Shown here piece after piece: positions 1 through 10,575 of a DNA stretch of 64,000 nucleotides. Where the stretch lies: assembly GCA_963745835.1 (NCBI GenBank), contig CAVUZH010000005.1, positions 153,267-217,266 on the forward strand. The letters are read 5' to 3'. Within the stretch, counting starts at the first letter, position 1; every line of letters begins with the position of its first letter. The translations under genes were made by a program, and so were the position numbers. Under the pieces are notes generated by a model that saw only the letters and a program-made list of their open reading frames with translations, did not search any database and was not told the origin of the DNA. The stretch comes from an uncultured delta proteobacterium. GTDB lineage: Bacteria > Desulfobacterota > Binatia > UBA9968.

Positions 1-2
1 AC

Positions 3-380
3 GATCTATTTGATAAAGGCATGGCGGCGCGCAAGGCGGTGCTCGGTGCGGAATATGTCGCCCGGGCGGAAGCCAATAAGAGCCATTTTGACGCAGACTT
101 TCAGCGCTACGTTACTGAGAACGCCTGGGGCGCGGTCTGGGCCCGTCCGGGACTCCAAAAGAATATCCGCAGTATGCTCACCATCGCCATGTTGGCTGCG
201 CTGGGCCGGCATGAAGAATTGGGCGCCCATATCCGCGCGACACTCAATACCGGCGTAACTCGCGAAGAGGTCAAGGAAGTTCTGTTGCAAGTGGCGGTCT
301 ATGCAGGCGCGCCGGCGGCGAACAGCGCGTTTGCTATTGCCAAACGAATTTACGAAGAGATTGAAGAAGGAAAGAAATAG
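3..380 (+). CDS. pcaC: 4-carboxymuconolactone decarboxylase (CMD family), 5' end runs off the window
   Basis: GMAARKAVLG...AWGAVWARPGL...RSMLTIAMLAALG...EVLLQVAVYAGAP motif; frame open to the window edge; upstream of pcaHG. Confidence 0.85.
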   Translation, partial: DLFDKGMAARKAVLGAEYVARAEANKSHFDADFQRYVTENAWGAVWARPGLQKNIRSMLTIAMLAALGRHEELGAHIRATLNTGVTREEVKEVLLQVAVYAGAPAANSAFAIAKRIYEEIEEGKK

Positions 381-434
381 TAAAAGGACAATAGCAACAG
401 AGACACTCATTCTCGATGATCGGAACAGGTGATT

Positions 435-1151
435 ATGAAAATCCAACCATACAAACAGCGTGACTGGAAATCCCACCCGCCTTTCACGTTCGCGGCGTAC
501 GGCTCGTCGGTCAAGCGCGGACCGTTGCAAAAGCTCGTGCCAATAAACCAGACTTTGTCGGAGATTACCGGCCCATTGTTTAACGACATCAAACTCGAGA
601 GTGGTGAGAATGATCTCACACGCAACCCGGAGACTGGGAAAGAAGCACTGGGCGAGCGCATCATCGTGGTCGGTAGGGTGATCGACGAAGATGAACGACC
701 GGTTCCGCATTCGCTGATTGAAATCTGGCAAGCCAATGCCGCCGGTCGTTATCGCCATCCGGTGGATCAGCACAACGCGCCGCTGGATCCGAACTTTATC
801 GGCGCGGGACGCTGCGTCACCAATGAAAAAGGGGAATATCGCTTTTTAACCATCAAGCCGGGCGCCTATCCGTGGCTCAATCACGCCAATGCCTGGCGTC
901 CGGCCCATATTCATCTATCGCTCTTCGGGCCGAGTTTCGTCACCCGTTTAGTTACGCAATTCTTTTTTCCAGGCGATCCTCTTCTGGACATGGATCCGAT
1001 TCTAAATTCGATTCCCACTAAGGCGGCCCGCCAGCGGCTGGTTGCGGATTATGCTCACGATGTTACGGAGCCGGAATTCGCGTTGGGATATCGATTCGAT
1101 ATCGTCTTGCGCGGCCGTCAAGCCACTCCATTCGAGCAGAACCGGCGATGA
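435..1151 (+). CDS. pcaH: Protocatechuate 3,4-dioxygenase beta subunit
   Basis: EITGP, EIWQANAAGRYRH, TIKPGAYPW..NAWRPAHIHLS motifs of intradiol dioxygenase beta chain. Confidence 0.95.
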   Translation: MKIQPYKQRDWKSHPPFTFAAYGSSVKRGPLQKLVPINQTLSEITGPLFNDIKLESGENDLTRNPETGKEALGERIIVVGRVIDEDERPVPHSLIEIWQANAAGRYRHPVDQHNAPLDPNFIGAGRCVTNEKGEYRFLTIKPGAYPWLNHANAWRPAHIHLSLFGPSFVTRLVTQFFFPGDPLLDMDPILNSIPTKAARQRLVADYAHDVTEPEFALGYRFDIVLRGRQATPFEQNRR

Positions 1152-1393
1152 ACCCATATATCGCAGAAGAGGTCGACTGTGTACTGAGCGAGCGGCAAGC
1201 CTGGAGGAGCGAAGGCACAGAAGCGAACACTTTCAATGCCTTTTATGGTACTTGGTTTAGGGCTAATAATTTTTCCGGGAGCCCGCTCGAGCAACCGAAG
1301 ATTGCAGGCCGCTACAAGCCACTGGCCCATTGTCTTATATTGAAGGGCTGCGCTCGATTGCAGTGTCATTTTGAACTGCGGAATCGTCGATGA
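1148..1393 (+). CDS. Hypothetical 81-aa ORF between pcaH and pcaG
   Basis: ORF overlaps pcaH stop and pcaG start by ATGA at both ends; no recognisable motif. Confidence 0.35.
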   Translation: MNPYIAEEVDCVLSERQAWRSEGTEANTFNAFYGTWFRANNFSGSPLEQPKIAGRYKPLAHCLILKGCARLQCHFELRNRR

Positions 1394-1956
1394 AGCAAAC
1401 GCCATCCCAGACAGTCGGGCCTTTTTACTCCATCGGCCTCACCGATCGAGCGATGAACACGCTAGTTGGCGAGAGTACTCAGGGCGAGCGCATTCGTATC
1501 GAAGGACGAATCATCGACGGCGATGGCAAGCCCGTGCCGGACGCAATGATTGAGATCTGGCAGGCCAATGCCGCCGGGCGCTACAATCATCCGGACGATA
1601 AACAGGAGAAACCATTGGATCAGAGCTTCACCGGCTGGGGCCGTTCGGGAAGCGAGCCGAGTGGGTCCTATTTCTTCGAGACGATCAAGCCTGGGCCGGT
1701 GCCCGCCTCGGACGAATCCGTCCAAGCGCCGCACATCAACATGACCGTATTTGCCCGGGGCATGCTGGTGCACGCCTTCACCAGAATCTATTTCAGCGAC
1801 GAACCAGCCAACGAAACCGATCCGGTTCTAAATTCGATAGAAAAAGAGCGCCGGCAGACTTTGATCGCAAACCGCCGGGAAGAAAGCGGCAAAGTCGTTT
1901 ACCGTTTCGACATTCGTCTTCAGGGTGAGAATGAAACGGTTTTCTTCGACATGTGA
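1390..1956 (+). CDS. pcaG: Protocatechuate 3,4-dioxygenase alpha subunit
   Basis: QTPSQTVGPF, QAPHIN..VFARGML, YRFDIRLQGENETVFFD. Confidence 0.95.
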   Translation: MKQTPSQTVGPFYSIGLTDRAMNTLVGESTQGERIRIEGRIIDGDGKPVPDAMIEIWQANAAGRYNHPDDKQEKPLDQSFTGWGRSGSEPSGSYFFETIKPGPVPASDESVQAPHINMTVFARGMLVHAFTRIYFSDEPANETDPVLNSIEKERRQTLIANRREESGKVVYRFDIRLQGENETVFFDM

Positions 1957-1975
1957 CGTCCGCTAGCTTCGAACC

Positions 1976-3323
1976 ATGCGTGTGCTCGACTCAGCGATTT
2001 TCAGCCCGCTGTTTTCAGATGCGGAAATCTCCGCTGTGCTCACGGATGAGGCCTTTGTCAGCGCGCTGGTCGAAGTCGAAGTCGCGCTTGCTCGCGCACA
2101 AGCCAGGGTCGGGGTTATTCCTGCCGCTGCGGCAGAGCAGATCTCGAGAGTAAAAGCCGCCGACATCGATATCACTGCCCTGACAAAGGGAACGATTCGC
2201 TCCGGGTTTCCGATCATCGCCTTGGTGCAGCAAATCCGCCGGCAGGCGGGTGAGGAAGCGGCGCCCTACGTGCACTGGGGCGCGACCACCCAGGACATCA
2301 TGGATACCGCCTCTGTGCTGCAGATGCGCGCGGCTATCGAACTTTTCAAACCGGCGATTCTCAATATCATCCGACGTCTGAGCGAACTGGCGCAGCGGCA
2401 TCGTACTACCGTGATGGCTGGGCGTACCCATGGGCAGCAGGCGCTGCCGATCACTTTCGGGCTGAAAGTCGCCAGCTGGATTGCGCCAATGCTTCGCCAT
2501 ATTGAACGCCTCGACGAGATTTTGCCGCGCCTGCTTGTTATCCAATTCGGTGGCGCGGCAGGCACCTTAGCGGCTCTGGGGGACAAAGGTCTGGCCGTTA
2601 GCGAAGCATTGGCAGACGAGCTCAAGTTATCCGTGCCGGTAATGTCGTGGCATGCTCAGCGCGACAGCTTGGTAGAATTCGGTGGTTGGCTCAGCCTGGT
2701 GACCGGATGCCTCGGGAAAATGGCGCAGGATGTTATCCTGCTGGCCCAAACCGAAGTTGGCGAAGCAGCCGAATCAGGCGAGCAGGGCAGGGGTGGGAGC
2801 AGTACGATGCCGCAAAAAAGCAATCCGATCACCAGCGAGCTCATGCTCGCCGCGGCGCGCACCAATGCTTCCTTGCTATCCGCGCTGCATCACGCGCAAA
2901 TCCAAGAGCACGAACGGGCGACTCACGGCTGGCAAGTCGAATGGCTGACTTTGCCGCAAATGATGATCATTACCGGGGGCGCGCTCAAGCATGCCCTCGA
3001 TCTAGCGCAGAATCTGCAAGTGGATGAGGCGGCGATGCGGGTTAATATGGTCCGGGCTAACGATGTTGTCCTTGCCGAGGCGGCGGTATTCGCGTTGGCC
3101 AAGTGCGATGCCGCGGGCTAAAGCGGAGGAGTTGGTTAAAAATGCCTGCGGCATTGCAATGTCTGAAGCTAAACCTTTGATCGACGTGATCAAAGAGACG
3201 GTGGCGGTTCCCGACGGCACAGTCGACTGGCAAGCGCTGGCAGATCCCGCCAATTACCTGGGTGAAGCGGAGAAGATTATCGACAGGGTTTTGGACCGCG
3301 CAAACGAACTTTTATCAAAATGA
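1976..3323 (+). CDS. pcaB: 3-carboxy-cis,cis-muconate cycloisomerase (frameshift near 3110, probably a sequencing indel)
   Basis: VHWGATTQDIMDTA, GRTHGQQALP, GSSTMPQKSNP lyase-I signature; C-terminus continues in ORF 3024..3323 (DPANYLG). Confidence 0.88.
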
Positions 3324-4896
3324 AACATACTCCTCCCGCAACATTGAACGAGCTGCTTCAGAGCCGAGTCAAACAGCATCCCGAGAAACTGGCGCTGATC
3401 TTCAAAGACGAGCAGTGGAGCTATGCCGGATTTCAACGCGAAGTCGATCGGATCGCCAACGGTTTCATCCGGATCGGCGTCAAAAGAGGCGACCGGATCG
3501 CTTTCGTGCTGCCGAACTGCGCCGAGTTTCTGTTTGCGGTTTTCGCCGTGACCAAGATCGGCGCCGTGTTCGTGCCGCTCAATCCGCAGTACACCGCCGA
3601 GGAGGCGGAATATGTACTGCAGCATTCCGAAGCATCGGTCGTTATTACGTCGCCGGAACTGTTGCCGCTGATCGATGCGGTGCGAGACAAGTTACCCGAT
3701 CTGAGCCGAGTGATCGTTACCGGCGAGGGTGGCACGGCGACATCGTTGTCGTGGAAGGATTTTCTCTCCGGGGCGCTGCGGATCACGATTTGAAGATCGC
3801 CATCGATCCCGAGGATCTCGCATCGATTACCTACACTTCCGGGACCACGGATCGTCCCAAAGGGGTGATGCTGTCCCAGTACGCCTACGCGTTTGCGCCG
3901 CGCATGCGGGCGCAGGGCTTGGGCTGGAATGAGAACGACCGAGTGCTGTGCGTCCTGCCGCTGTTTCACGTCAATGCGCTTTGCCATACCTGCATCGCCA
4001 TGCTGTCGGTCGGCGGCAGCATAGTGCTGACCGAGAAATTCAGCGCATCGCGTTTTTGGAGCGAGGTGCGCGAATACTCGATCACGACCTCGAGTATCAT
4101 GCGCACGATCCCGCAGATTCTTCTGAGTCTTCCGGAGCGATCCGATGACGGCAATAACCCGTTGCGCTTGGTGGTGACTTTGCTGTCGCCCGAAATGCAT
4201 TTGCGATTCGAAGAAAGATTTAAGCTGAAGGCGGTGCCGTCGTACAGTCTCACCGAGGATATTTTGAGTGTCATCGGACCGACCGATATGCCCACGGAAA
4301 AGCTCGGTAGTTGCGGCGTGCCGCTGGCGCCGGAAGTTCATAGCGTGGCGATTCACGATGAAGCCGGTCGTGCGCTCCCGCCCGGTAAGGCGGGAGAAAT
4401 CGTTAAACGAAGCCCCACGGTGATGAAAGGCTACTATAAAAATCCTGAAGCGTCGGCCAAGGCATTGAAAGACGGCTGGCTCTACACCGGCGATCTCGGT
4501 TACCTCGATCACGGACGGCTATCTCTACTTTGTCGACCGGGTCAAGGACATGGTCCGGCGCGGCGACGAAAACATTTCTTCGGAAGAAGTCGAGCGCGTG
4601 CTCAATTCCCATCCGCAGGTCGCCGAGTCCGCGGTGATCGCAGTGCCGGATCCGATTCGCGGTGAAGAAGTCAAAGCTTACATCGTGCTCAAATCGCCGG
4701 CGACGCCTGAAAGCGTGCCTCCAGAAAAGATTTGGGAATTTTGTAAACCGCATCTAGCGGCTTACAAGGTGCCGCGTTATCTCGAGTACCGAGGCGAGCT
4801 GCCGAAGACGCCAAGCTCCAAGGTGCAGAAAAATATTTTGCGCGACGAGAGCAAGCAACGGCAGTGCGACGAGTATTTGACCGCTTACGGAACTAG
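3320..4896 (+). CDS. Acyl-CoA synthetase / AMP-binding ligase (CaiC-like), split by several indels
   Basis: YTSGTTDRPKG, GWLYTGDLG, VRRGDENISSEEVE, LPKTPSSK pieces in consecutive frames. Confidence 0.85.
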
Positions 4897-5297
4897 CATC
4901 CTAAACGAGACCGTCGTACGAAATTGCCGTTTGGGTTTCATGTTTCAATTGACAGCTGCTGAATGGGAAACCTGAAATCACAAATTGTGATTTCAAGTTG
5001 GGAGCGGTCCCCGTGGTGGAATTCAGGAAAAATTCTTTAAGGGAATGCGTTTGGACCAGAGCTACAAAGGCCAGCGACATTATTCCAGCAAGCAGAGCTG
5101 ATTCGCTCTCGACTAAACAACAGAAGCCGTACTTCATTTCGACGTTTCGGGAATTCTCGAAACGTGGAAGTTCCCGCTCAGATTGTCTTCCTTCAAACTG
5201 ATGAACGATTGAACCGTTGAACGGCTGCGATCTCCAAAGTGGGTAGTTCCAGGGGACCAGTGAATAACTCACGCCAGACCCTTATGACGCAACAAGA

Positions 5298-5872
5298 TCA
5301 GAGGCTTCGGATCACGCGACATGGATTTCCGGCAGTAACCACTCCGGCGGGCAGATCACGATCCACGACGCTGCCGGCTCCAACCGTAGTGTCGGCGCCT
5401 ATACTTACCCCGGGACAGACAATCACGCCGCCGCCGAGCCAGACCGCGCGCCAATGTTGATTGGATAGGCTGACTCCGGCCCAGTCGCGCGTGTGGCCGC
5501 ATCAGGTGGATGATCGGCGGTCAACAGCTGCACATAGGGACCGAGTTGAGCTTGCTCGCCGATAGTTATTTGCGCCGAGTCCAAAAATACCGGGCCGAAA
5601 TTTACAAACACTCCCGCGCCAAGCGTGATCTGCGTCCCGTAATCACAATAGAAAGGCGGCTCGATCGCGGCATCAGGGCCGGTATACCCGAGCAGCTCGC
5701 GCAGCAACGCAGCTCGACCACTACTGTCGGCAGGATCACTCGCGTTGTAACGTGCAAACAGGCGCCGCGCACGCACCCGCGCGGCGACAAGCTCCGGGTC
5801 GATTGCCAAATACAGCTCCCCGCGAAGCATCTTGCTGCATTGGATCTGGACAGGGTTGGAGGTCTTATCCAT
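5298..5872 (-). CDS. Sugar (maltose) O-acetyltransferase, frameshift near 5445
   Basis: KMLRGELY, IEPPFYCDYG, hexapeptide repeats, C-terminal VTAGNPCRVIR in shifted frame. Confidence 0.8.
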
Positions 5873-6020
5873 AGAATCAAGTATAGCGACTGCGCCGGAA
5901 GATATCAGAAGAGCACGAGTTTTCAGGGGCTGGGCGCTCACGTAATCACTTGAGGTACTGGAACACATCGACCTGAAGTCTGATCAGCGGCTCGAATCAT
6001 GGGCATTAAAATTTTGCCGA

Positions 6021-6180
6021 CCTGGGTGAACCGGCCGCAGAACGACTTTATTGGGTCCGGACCGGATCTACAAAGACAAAGCGGAAACAAAGAGTTCCAA
6101 GCCGTCGCCGCCAGCCGGAAATAATTCGGCGGCACGTCGCCGAAATGGAAGTACACGAGGTCGGATCAGCGTCTGCGTAA
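6021..6180 (+). pseudogene. Degenerate copy of 3' part of NIPSNAP gene 44270..44560
   Basis: cctgggtgaaccggccgcagaacgac...gaaatggaagtacacgag...ctgcgtaa aligns by eye to cctgggtgaatcggccacaaaacgaa...gatggaagtgcgcgat...ttgcgtag. Confidence 0.75.
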
Positions 6181-6330
6181 ATTGGACGAGCGCAGTGTTT
6201 ACGGTTTGCTCAGAGGATTCCGAACTGTTGCCGCGCATTTTTTGCAAGGCGCAACTGACCGCCCCACGCGTAAGAATCGACTCGGGCGAAATCGAAATGG
6301 CGGCTACTGACCTTCGGAGGTCGGAACCTT

Positions 6331-7338
6331 TTACTGTGTGAAAAGTTTTTGAAACTCCTTTCGCTTTTCCGCATATTCGTTCTTACTAAAATCATCCATC
6401 GGAATAAATTGTATTTTGTCTGCTTCGGGCAGCGGCGGATAAATTCCTTTTCGGTTGACGAATTCGCCCATCTTCGCCAGGATCTTCATGCTTTCCTCAC
6501 TCAGAAAATAGTCGATGAACGCCTTGCCCGCATTTGGATGGGGCGCTTTGTTGCTGAGTAGAACATAGTGCCCATCGCCCATCATCTTGCCCAATCTCAC
6601 ATAATCTACCGGCGCACCCTTTTGCGCGTAGGTGTAGGCGTAAATAACATAAGTGATAGCCGCCAGTGCCTCGCCTCCGGTGACCCGTTCGGCAGCGGGA
6701 ATAAACGATTCGCCAAAGAGAGGTTTCATGCCCGCCAGACCGGGAATGAATTTGTCCGCTCTCTCTTTGCCGATGACTTTGTGCAGGCTGGCGAGCCACT
6801 GCGTGGTGGTCAAGTGTTGCGTCGGATCAGGCATGGAGATCTTGCCTTTGAATTGAGGCTGCAGCAGATCTTCCAGGGATTTGGGTGCGGCTCCAGGTTT
6901 GAATGCGCTCTTGTTGTACACGACGCCTATGATCACATTGCGGTAACTCGGACCGAGTACCGGATCGATCGATTCCTTCGCAAAATCGCCGGCGGCCGGG
7001 GAGTTATAGGTGGCCAGCATTCCTTCTTTGACGACGAGCCGTGCAACATTTGCGTTGAGCAATAGCACATCATAGGCGGCCTTGCCGGCTCTATATTCAC
7101 TTACCGCTCGATCCATGACCTTCGTACCCGAAGCGCGCCAGTATTCCAGTTCAAGTTGGGTTTTCTTTTGGAAAGCTGCTTTGATTGCGTCGAACGCTTC
7201 GGACTCCAGCGAGCCGTATGCGATGACCTTGCCTCCTTCCTTTTTTGCTTCTTCGATGAGGTTGGCACTTTGGCCAAAAGCCGCAGGGGAGTGAACCAAG
7301 GACAATACAACGATTACGGAGAATACAACCTGACGCAT
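6331..7338 (-). CDS. ABC transporter extracellular solute-binding protein (Fe3+/polyamine-like family)
   Basis: Signal peptide, EEAKKEGG, APHPNAGKAFIDYFLS. Confidence 0.85.
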   Translation of the reverse strand: MRQVVFSVIVVLSLVHSPAAFGQSANLIEEAKKEGGKVIAYGSLESEAFDAIKAAFQKKTQLELEYWRASGTKVMDRAVSEYRAGKAAYDVLLLNANVARLVVKEGMLATYNSPAAGDFAKESIDPVLGPSYRNVIIGVVYNKSAFKPGAAPKSLEDLLQPQFKGKISMPDPTQHLTTTQWLASLHKVIGKERADKFIPGLAGMKPLFGESFIPAAERVTGGEALAAITYVIYAYTYAQKGAPVDYVRLGKMMGDGHYVLLSNKAPHPNAGKAFIDYFLSEESMKILAKMGEFVNRKGIYPPLPEADKIQFIPMDDFSKNEYAEKRKEFQKLFTQ

Positions 7339-7539
7339 AGCTCCTGCCCTCCTCTTCTCTATCCGGACTTTGACATCACGACAGCATCGGCTCGGCTCGG
7401 ATCCTACCTTTTGGCCCAGCGATTTAGCAAATTGATTTATCGCGGATGAAATCTCTTGCCGGGCGCACTCATCGCCTTGACATTCAGACCCATGTGCATT
7501 ACCGACGGAACAGGAATCGAATCACAAGGAGGCTCCCCG

Positions 7540-8547
7540 ATGGATATCATCGATGCCGATGGTCATATCGTCGAAAAGGATTCCGATCTCAGGGGCTACC
7601 TGCCGGAGCCACATTCTAAACGCAGCGGTTCGCTTCTGCCTTCGGATGGGCAGGACAGTTTGATGGGTGGTCGCTTGGGCGGGCTGGAGGATAACGATAT
7701 TCCCACACGCCTTAGTGACATGGACACGGAAGGAATCGGGATCTCCGTTCTGTTTCCCACGACTAGCTTTCGCGTCAGCCAAGTCATGGAACGCGAGTAT
7801 GCGCTTTCTTATTGCCGCGCCTACAATGATTTCATTTCCGACGTATGTAAAAGAAACCCGCGCCTGAAAGGAATCGGCCTGGTTCCGTTTCAGAATATCT
7901 GCTTTAGCCAGTCTGCGGTGGTCGGTGAAGTTAATCGCGCCGTTGCAAAGCTCGGCTTGGTCGGGATTGCGGTGTCCTGCCAAGGCCTCAAAGAACATCT
8001 TGGGTCGGAAATTTATTGGCCGATCTACGAGGAGCTTCAGCGCTTAGGTGTGCCTTTGTGCGTGCATAATCGTCACGCGCCGCCAGGCGAAAATATCTTC
8101 GATACCCTCCTTTTCAAACATGCCGTCGGCCGGCCGATCATGACAGCGATTCAGTTCGCGGGGCTTATGTACGGCGGAGTGCCTGAGAAATTTCCCAAAC
8201 TAAACGTCGCGTTCCTCGAATGCGGCGTAGGTTGGCTGCCGTATTGGGTCGAGAGATTGGACGAGGAATATGAAAAGCGCTCTCCGGAAGCGCCGCTGCT
8301 CAAGGCTAAGCCCAGCGAGTATCTAAGAAACGGCAATTGGTTTTGTTCTACCGAGCCGGAGGAGCATGGCTTGCCCTATGTCATCGAGCAGTTTGGAGCG
8401 GATATGATCTTGTTCGCGTCCGACTATCCTCACTGGGATGGTCTATTTCCTCACGCGGTATCGACAATAATGCACCGCAAGGATATTACAGAGGACGCCA
8501 AGCAGAAGATCCTAAGCGACAACGCCAAAAGATTTTATGGATGGTGA
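7540..8547 (+). CDS. Amidohydrolase_2 family protein
   Basis: IDADGH, FLECGVGW, FASDYPHWD motifs; RBS aggagg upstream. Confidence 0.88.
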   Translation: MDIIDADGHIVEKDSDLRGYLPEPHSKRSGSLLPSDGQDSLMGGRLGGLEDNDIPTRLSDMDTEGIGISVLFPTTSFRVSQVMEREYALSYCRAYNDFISDVCKRNPRLKGIGLVPFQNICFSQSAVVGEVNRAVAKLGLVGIAVSCQGLKEHLGSEIYWPIYEELQRLGVPLCVHNRHAPPGENIFDTLLFKHAVGRPIMTAIQFAGLMYGGVPEKFPKLNVAFLECGVGWLPYWVERLDEEYEKRSPEAPLLKAKPSEYLRNGNWFCSTEPEEHGLPYVIEQFGADMILFASDYPHWDGLFPHAVSTIMHRKDITEDAKQKILSDNAKRFYGW

Positions 8548-8570
8548 GGGAGTCTGGCGGAGTTTTCTAA

Positions 8571-8655
8571 CTACAAGCGGATTCTTATCGGATAAGGCGG
8601 AGCTCGAAGCGAGAACAAAGGTTCCAAGCCGCGGGCACCGCCGCCGGCATCAACG
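8571..8655 (+). pseudogene. Degenerate internal fragment of NIPSNAP gene
   Basis: gataaggcggagctcgaagcgag..ttccaagccgcgg..ccgccggc matches 44438-44500. Confidence 0.7.
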
Positions 8656-8880
8656 CTTCGACTAAACGCAAACTTCTAAATAGTCAAAAGTAAAGACCAG
8701 ACGCTGTCGCCTCCTTGGCGGGGTACCGCCCTTTAGCCGATAGTTGGAGCGTGTATGATAACTCAGCCCGCAATCCAATATTATTGGAAAGATCGCCATG
8801 AAGCCAAAAGCCAAACTACAAACCAGTGAGGAATTCTCCGCCGCCGTTGGGGCGAGCCCTGCGCCGCGCCGCAAAGTGCA

Positions 8881-9160
8881 GGGGATTCGGTGCCAGGCAT
8901 GAGTTATTGACTAACTGGATAAACTAAAATAGAGAGGGAGAGAATCGATAAGGCTACACCGTATGCCGAGGCAGGCTAGACTGGATAGTCCCGGGACACT
9001 GCACCATGTGATGATCCGAGGGATTGAAAAGAAGCGGATCGTCCTTGACGAGCAAGACCGAAAAGACTTTGTGCGCCAATTGGGTTTATTAGCCGTGGAA
9101 ACGAAGACGGCGGTCTATGCATGGGCGTTGATGGTAACCACGCGCATTTGCTGGTTTGCA
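8881..9160 (+). mobile_element. RAYT-like Y1 transposase element copy 1, 3'-truncated by copy 2
   Basis: Upstream region and MPRQARLDSPGTLHHV... nearly identical to 9238 and 10886; ends where gggaggaagct of copy 2 begins. Confidence 0.85.
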
Positions 9161-9849
9161 GGGAGGAAGCTGGGACGCTGTTGACTAACTGGACAAACTA
9201 GAATAGAGAGGGAGAGAATCGATAAGGGCTACACCGTATGCCGAGGCAGGCTAGACTGGATAGTCCCGGGACACTGCATCATGTGATGATCCGAGGGATT
9301 GAAAAGAAGCGGATCGTCCTTGACGAGCAAGACCGAAAAGACTTTGTGCGCCGATTGGGTTTATTGGCCGTGGAAACGAAGACGGCGGTCTATGCATGGG
9401 CGTTGATGAGCAACCATGCTCATTTGCTGGTTTGCAGCGGGGCTGCGGGATTAGCCAAGTTTATGCGGCGGCTTTTGACCGGTTACGCGGTGAGCTATAA
9501 CCTGCGCCATCGCCGCCATGGTCATCTTTTTCAGAACCGTTACAAATCGATGGTGTGCGACGGCGACAGCTATTTCACCGAGCTGGTGCGCTACATCCAC
9601 TTAAATCCGTTAAGAGTGGAGCCGCGACCTGCAAGAAAGACGGCATATCGCTAACGGAACTCCGAAGCGGGAGCCGCCGTGGGAAACTGCCGGCCGTGAG
9701 AGTGAAGATCGTTCAGGGCCTAGTGGAGGATTATGGCGTGCCCATCGCCGAGGTGGCTCGCCAAGTGGGTATCTCGACATCTGGAGTTTCAAAAATTCTG
9801 ACACGAAGTTTGTCCAGCTAGTCAACAGCGTCCCCGCATGTTCCCCTCT
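9161..9849 (+). mobile_element. RAYT-like Y1 transposase element copy 2, internally deleted, with 26-bp inverted ends
   Basis: Left gggacgctgttgactaactggacaaa (9172-9197), right tttgtccagctagtcaacagcgtccc (9809-9834); lacks the segment equivalent to ~11270-11654. Confidence 0.88.
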
Positions 9850-10056
9850 AAGACCGCTACATGCAGCTTGCTCCAGGCGAAAGGGATCTCTGATATTCTA
9901 GCGTGCTCTCCCATCGGCCAGTTCTGGGCGATAGAAGTTAAGAAGCCCGGAGGCAAGCCTTCATCCGATCAGATAGCTTTCCTCAGTCGCGTCCGCGCCA
10001 ATAAAGGCATCGCGATCCTCGCTTATTCAATCGATGACGTAATAGATAAATTATGA
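9850..10056 (+). pseudogene. 5'-truncated phage-type VRR-NUC nuclease fragment
   Basis: KGISDIL...AIEVKKPGGKPSSDQIAFL PD-(D/E)xK pattern; begins at the element right end. Confidence 0.7.
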
Positions 10057-10202
10057 ACGACGAACACGATCAATTCCTAGAAGATCACCTCAAAAAGCTG
10101 GAAAGCTTAAAGAAGATACTCAGAGGCGAACACCCAGACTCTGTCATTTTGACGGAGGCGTACGAGAGGCTATCGAGGCAGGGGGTAGACGTGAAACTGT
10201 AG
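10053..10202 (+). CDS. Small hypothetical protein (49 aa, MNDEHDQFLEDHLKK...), phage-like
   Basis: ATGA-coupled to the VRR-NUC fragment; read directly from sequence. Confidence 0.5.
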   Translation: MNDEHDQFLEDHLKKLESLKKILRGEHPDSVILTEAYERLSRQGVDVKL

Positions 10203-10368
10203 GTAGGCAGAAATTTAGACCACCTCTCCGGAGCGAGTTTTTCGTCGTAACTTCGTTCAAGTATTCATCCAGCAAAAACTGCGCTTCATCTTCTGAAATT
10301 ATCCCCTCCTTCCGTGCAAAGGCTATAGACTTCCCCCAAATCCGGGCTTCAAGTTCTTTCCTATTCAC
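10144..10368 (-). CDS. Small hypothetical protein (MNRKELEARIWGK...), probably 3'-truncated
   Basis: ORF track; plausible N-terminal half, tail overlaps the convergent ORF. Confidence 0.4.
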   Translation of the reverse strand: MNRKELEARIWGKSIAFARKEGIISEDEAQFLLDEYLNEVTTKNSLRRGGLNFCLPTVSRLPPASIASRTPPSK

Positions 10369-10404
10369 CAGTGTCCCCGATGTTGCTTTTCTACTTCCGT
10401 ATAG

Positions 10405-10575
10405 TTAGCTATTTACCACAGCGTGGAGAATATCTTCTTCGGTTGCTCTCAGCCACTCTTCGGTACCGTCTTTTAGTTTTACTGGTGTAAGACCAATGTT
10501 GCTTCCACCTAGTATACAGCTGAAGTTGTAGCAATTTATCTCAATACCACTGCCTTCCATGTTATAGAACCTCAT
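10405..10575 (-). CDS. Small hypothetical protein (56 aa, MRFYNMEGSGIEINC...)
   Basis: Read from sequence; gaaagga RBS upstream. Confidence 0.5.
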   Translation of the reverse strand: MRFYNMEGSGIEINCYNFSCILGGSNIGLTPVKLKDGTEEWLRATEEDILHAVVNS

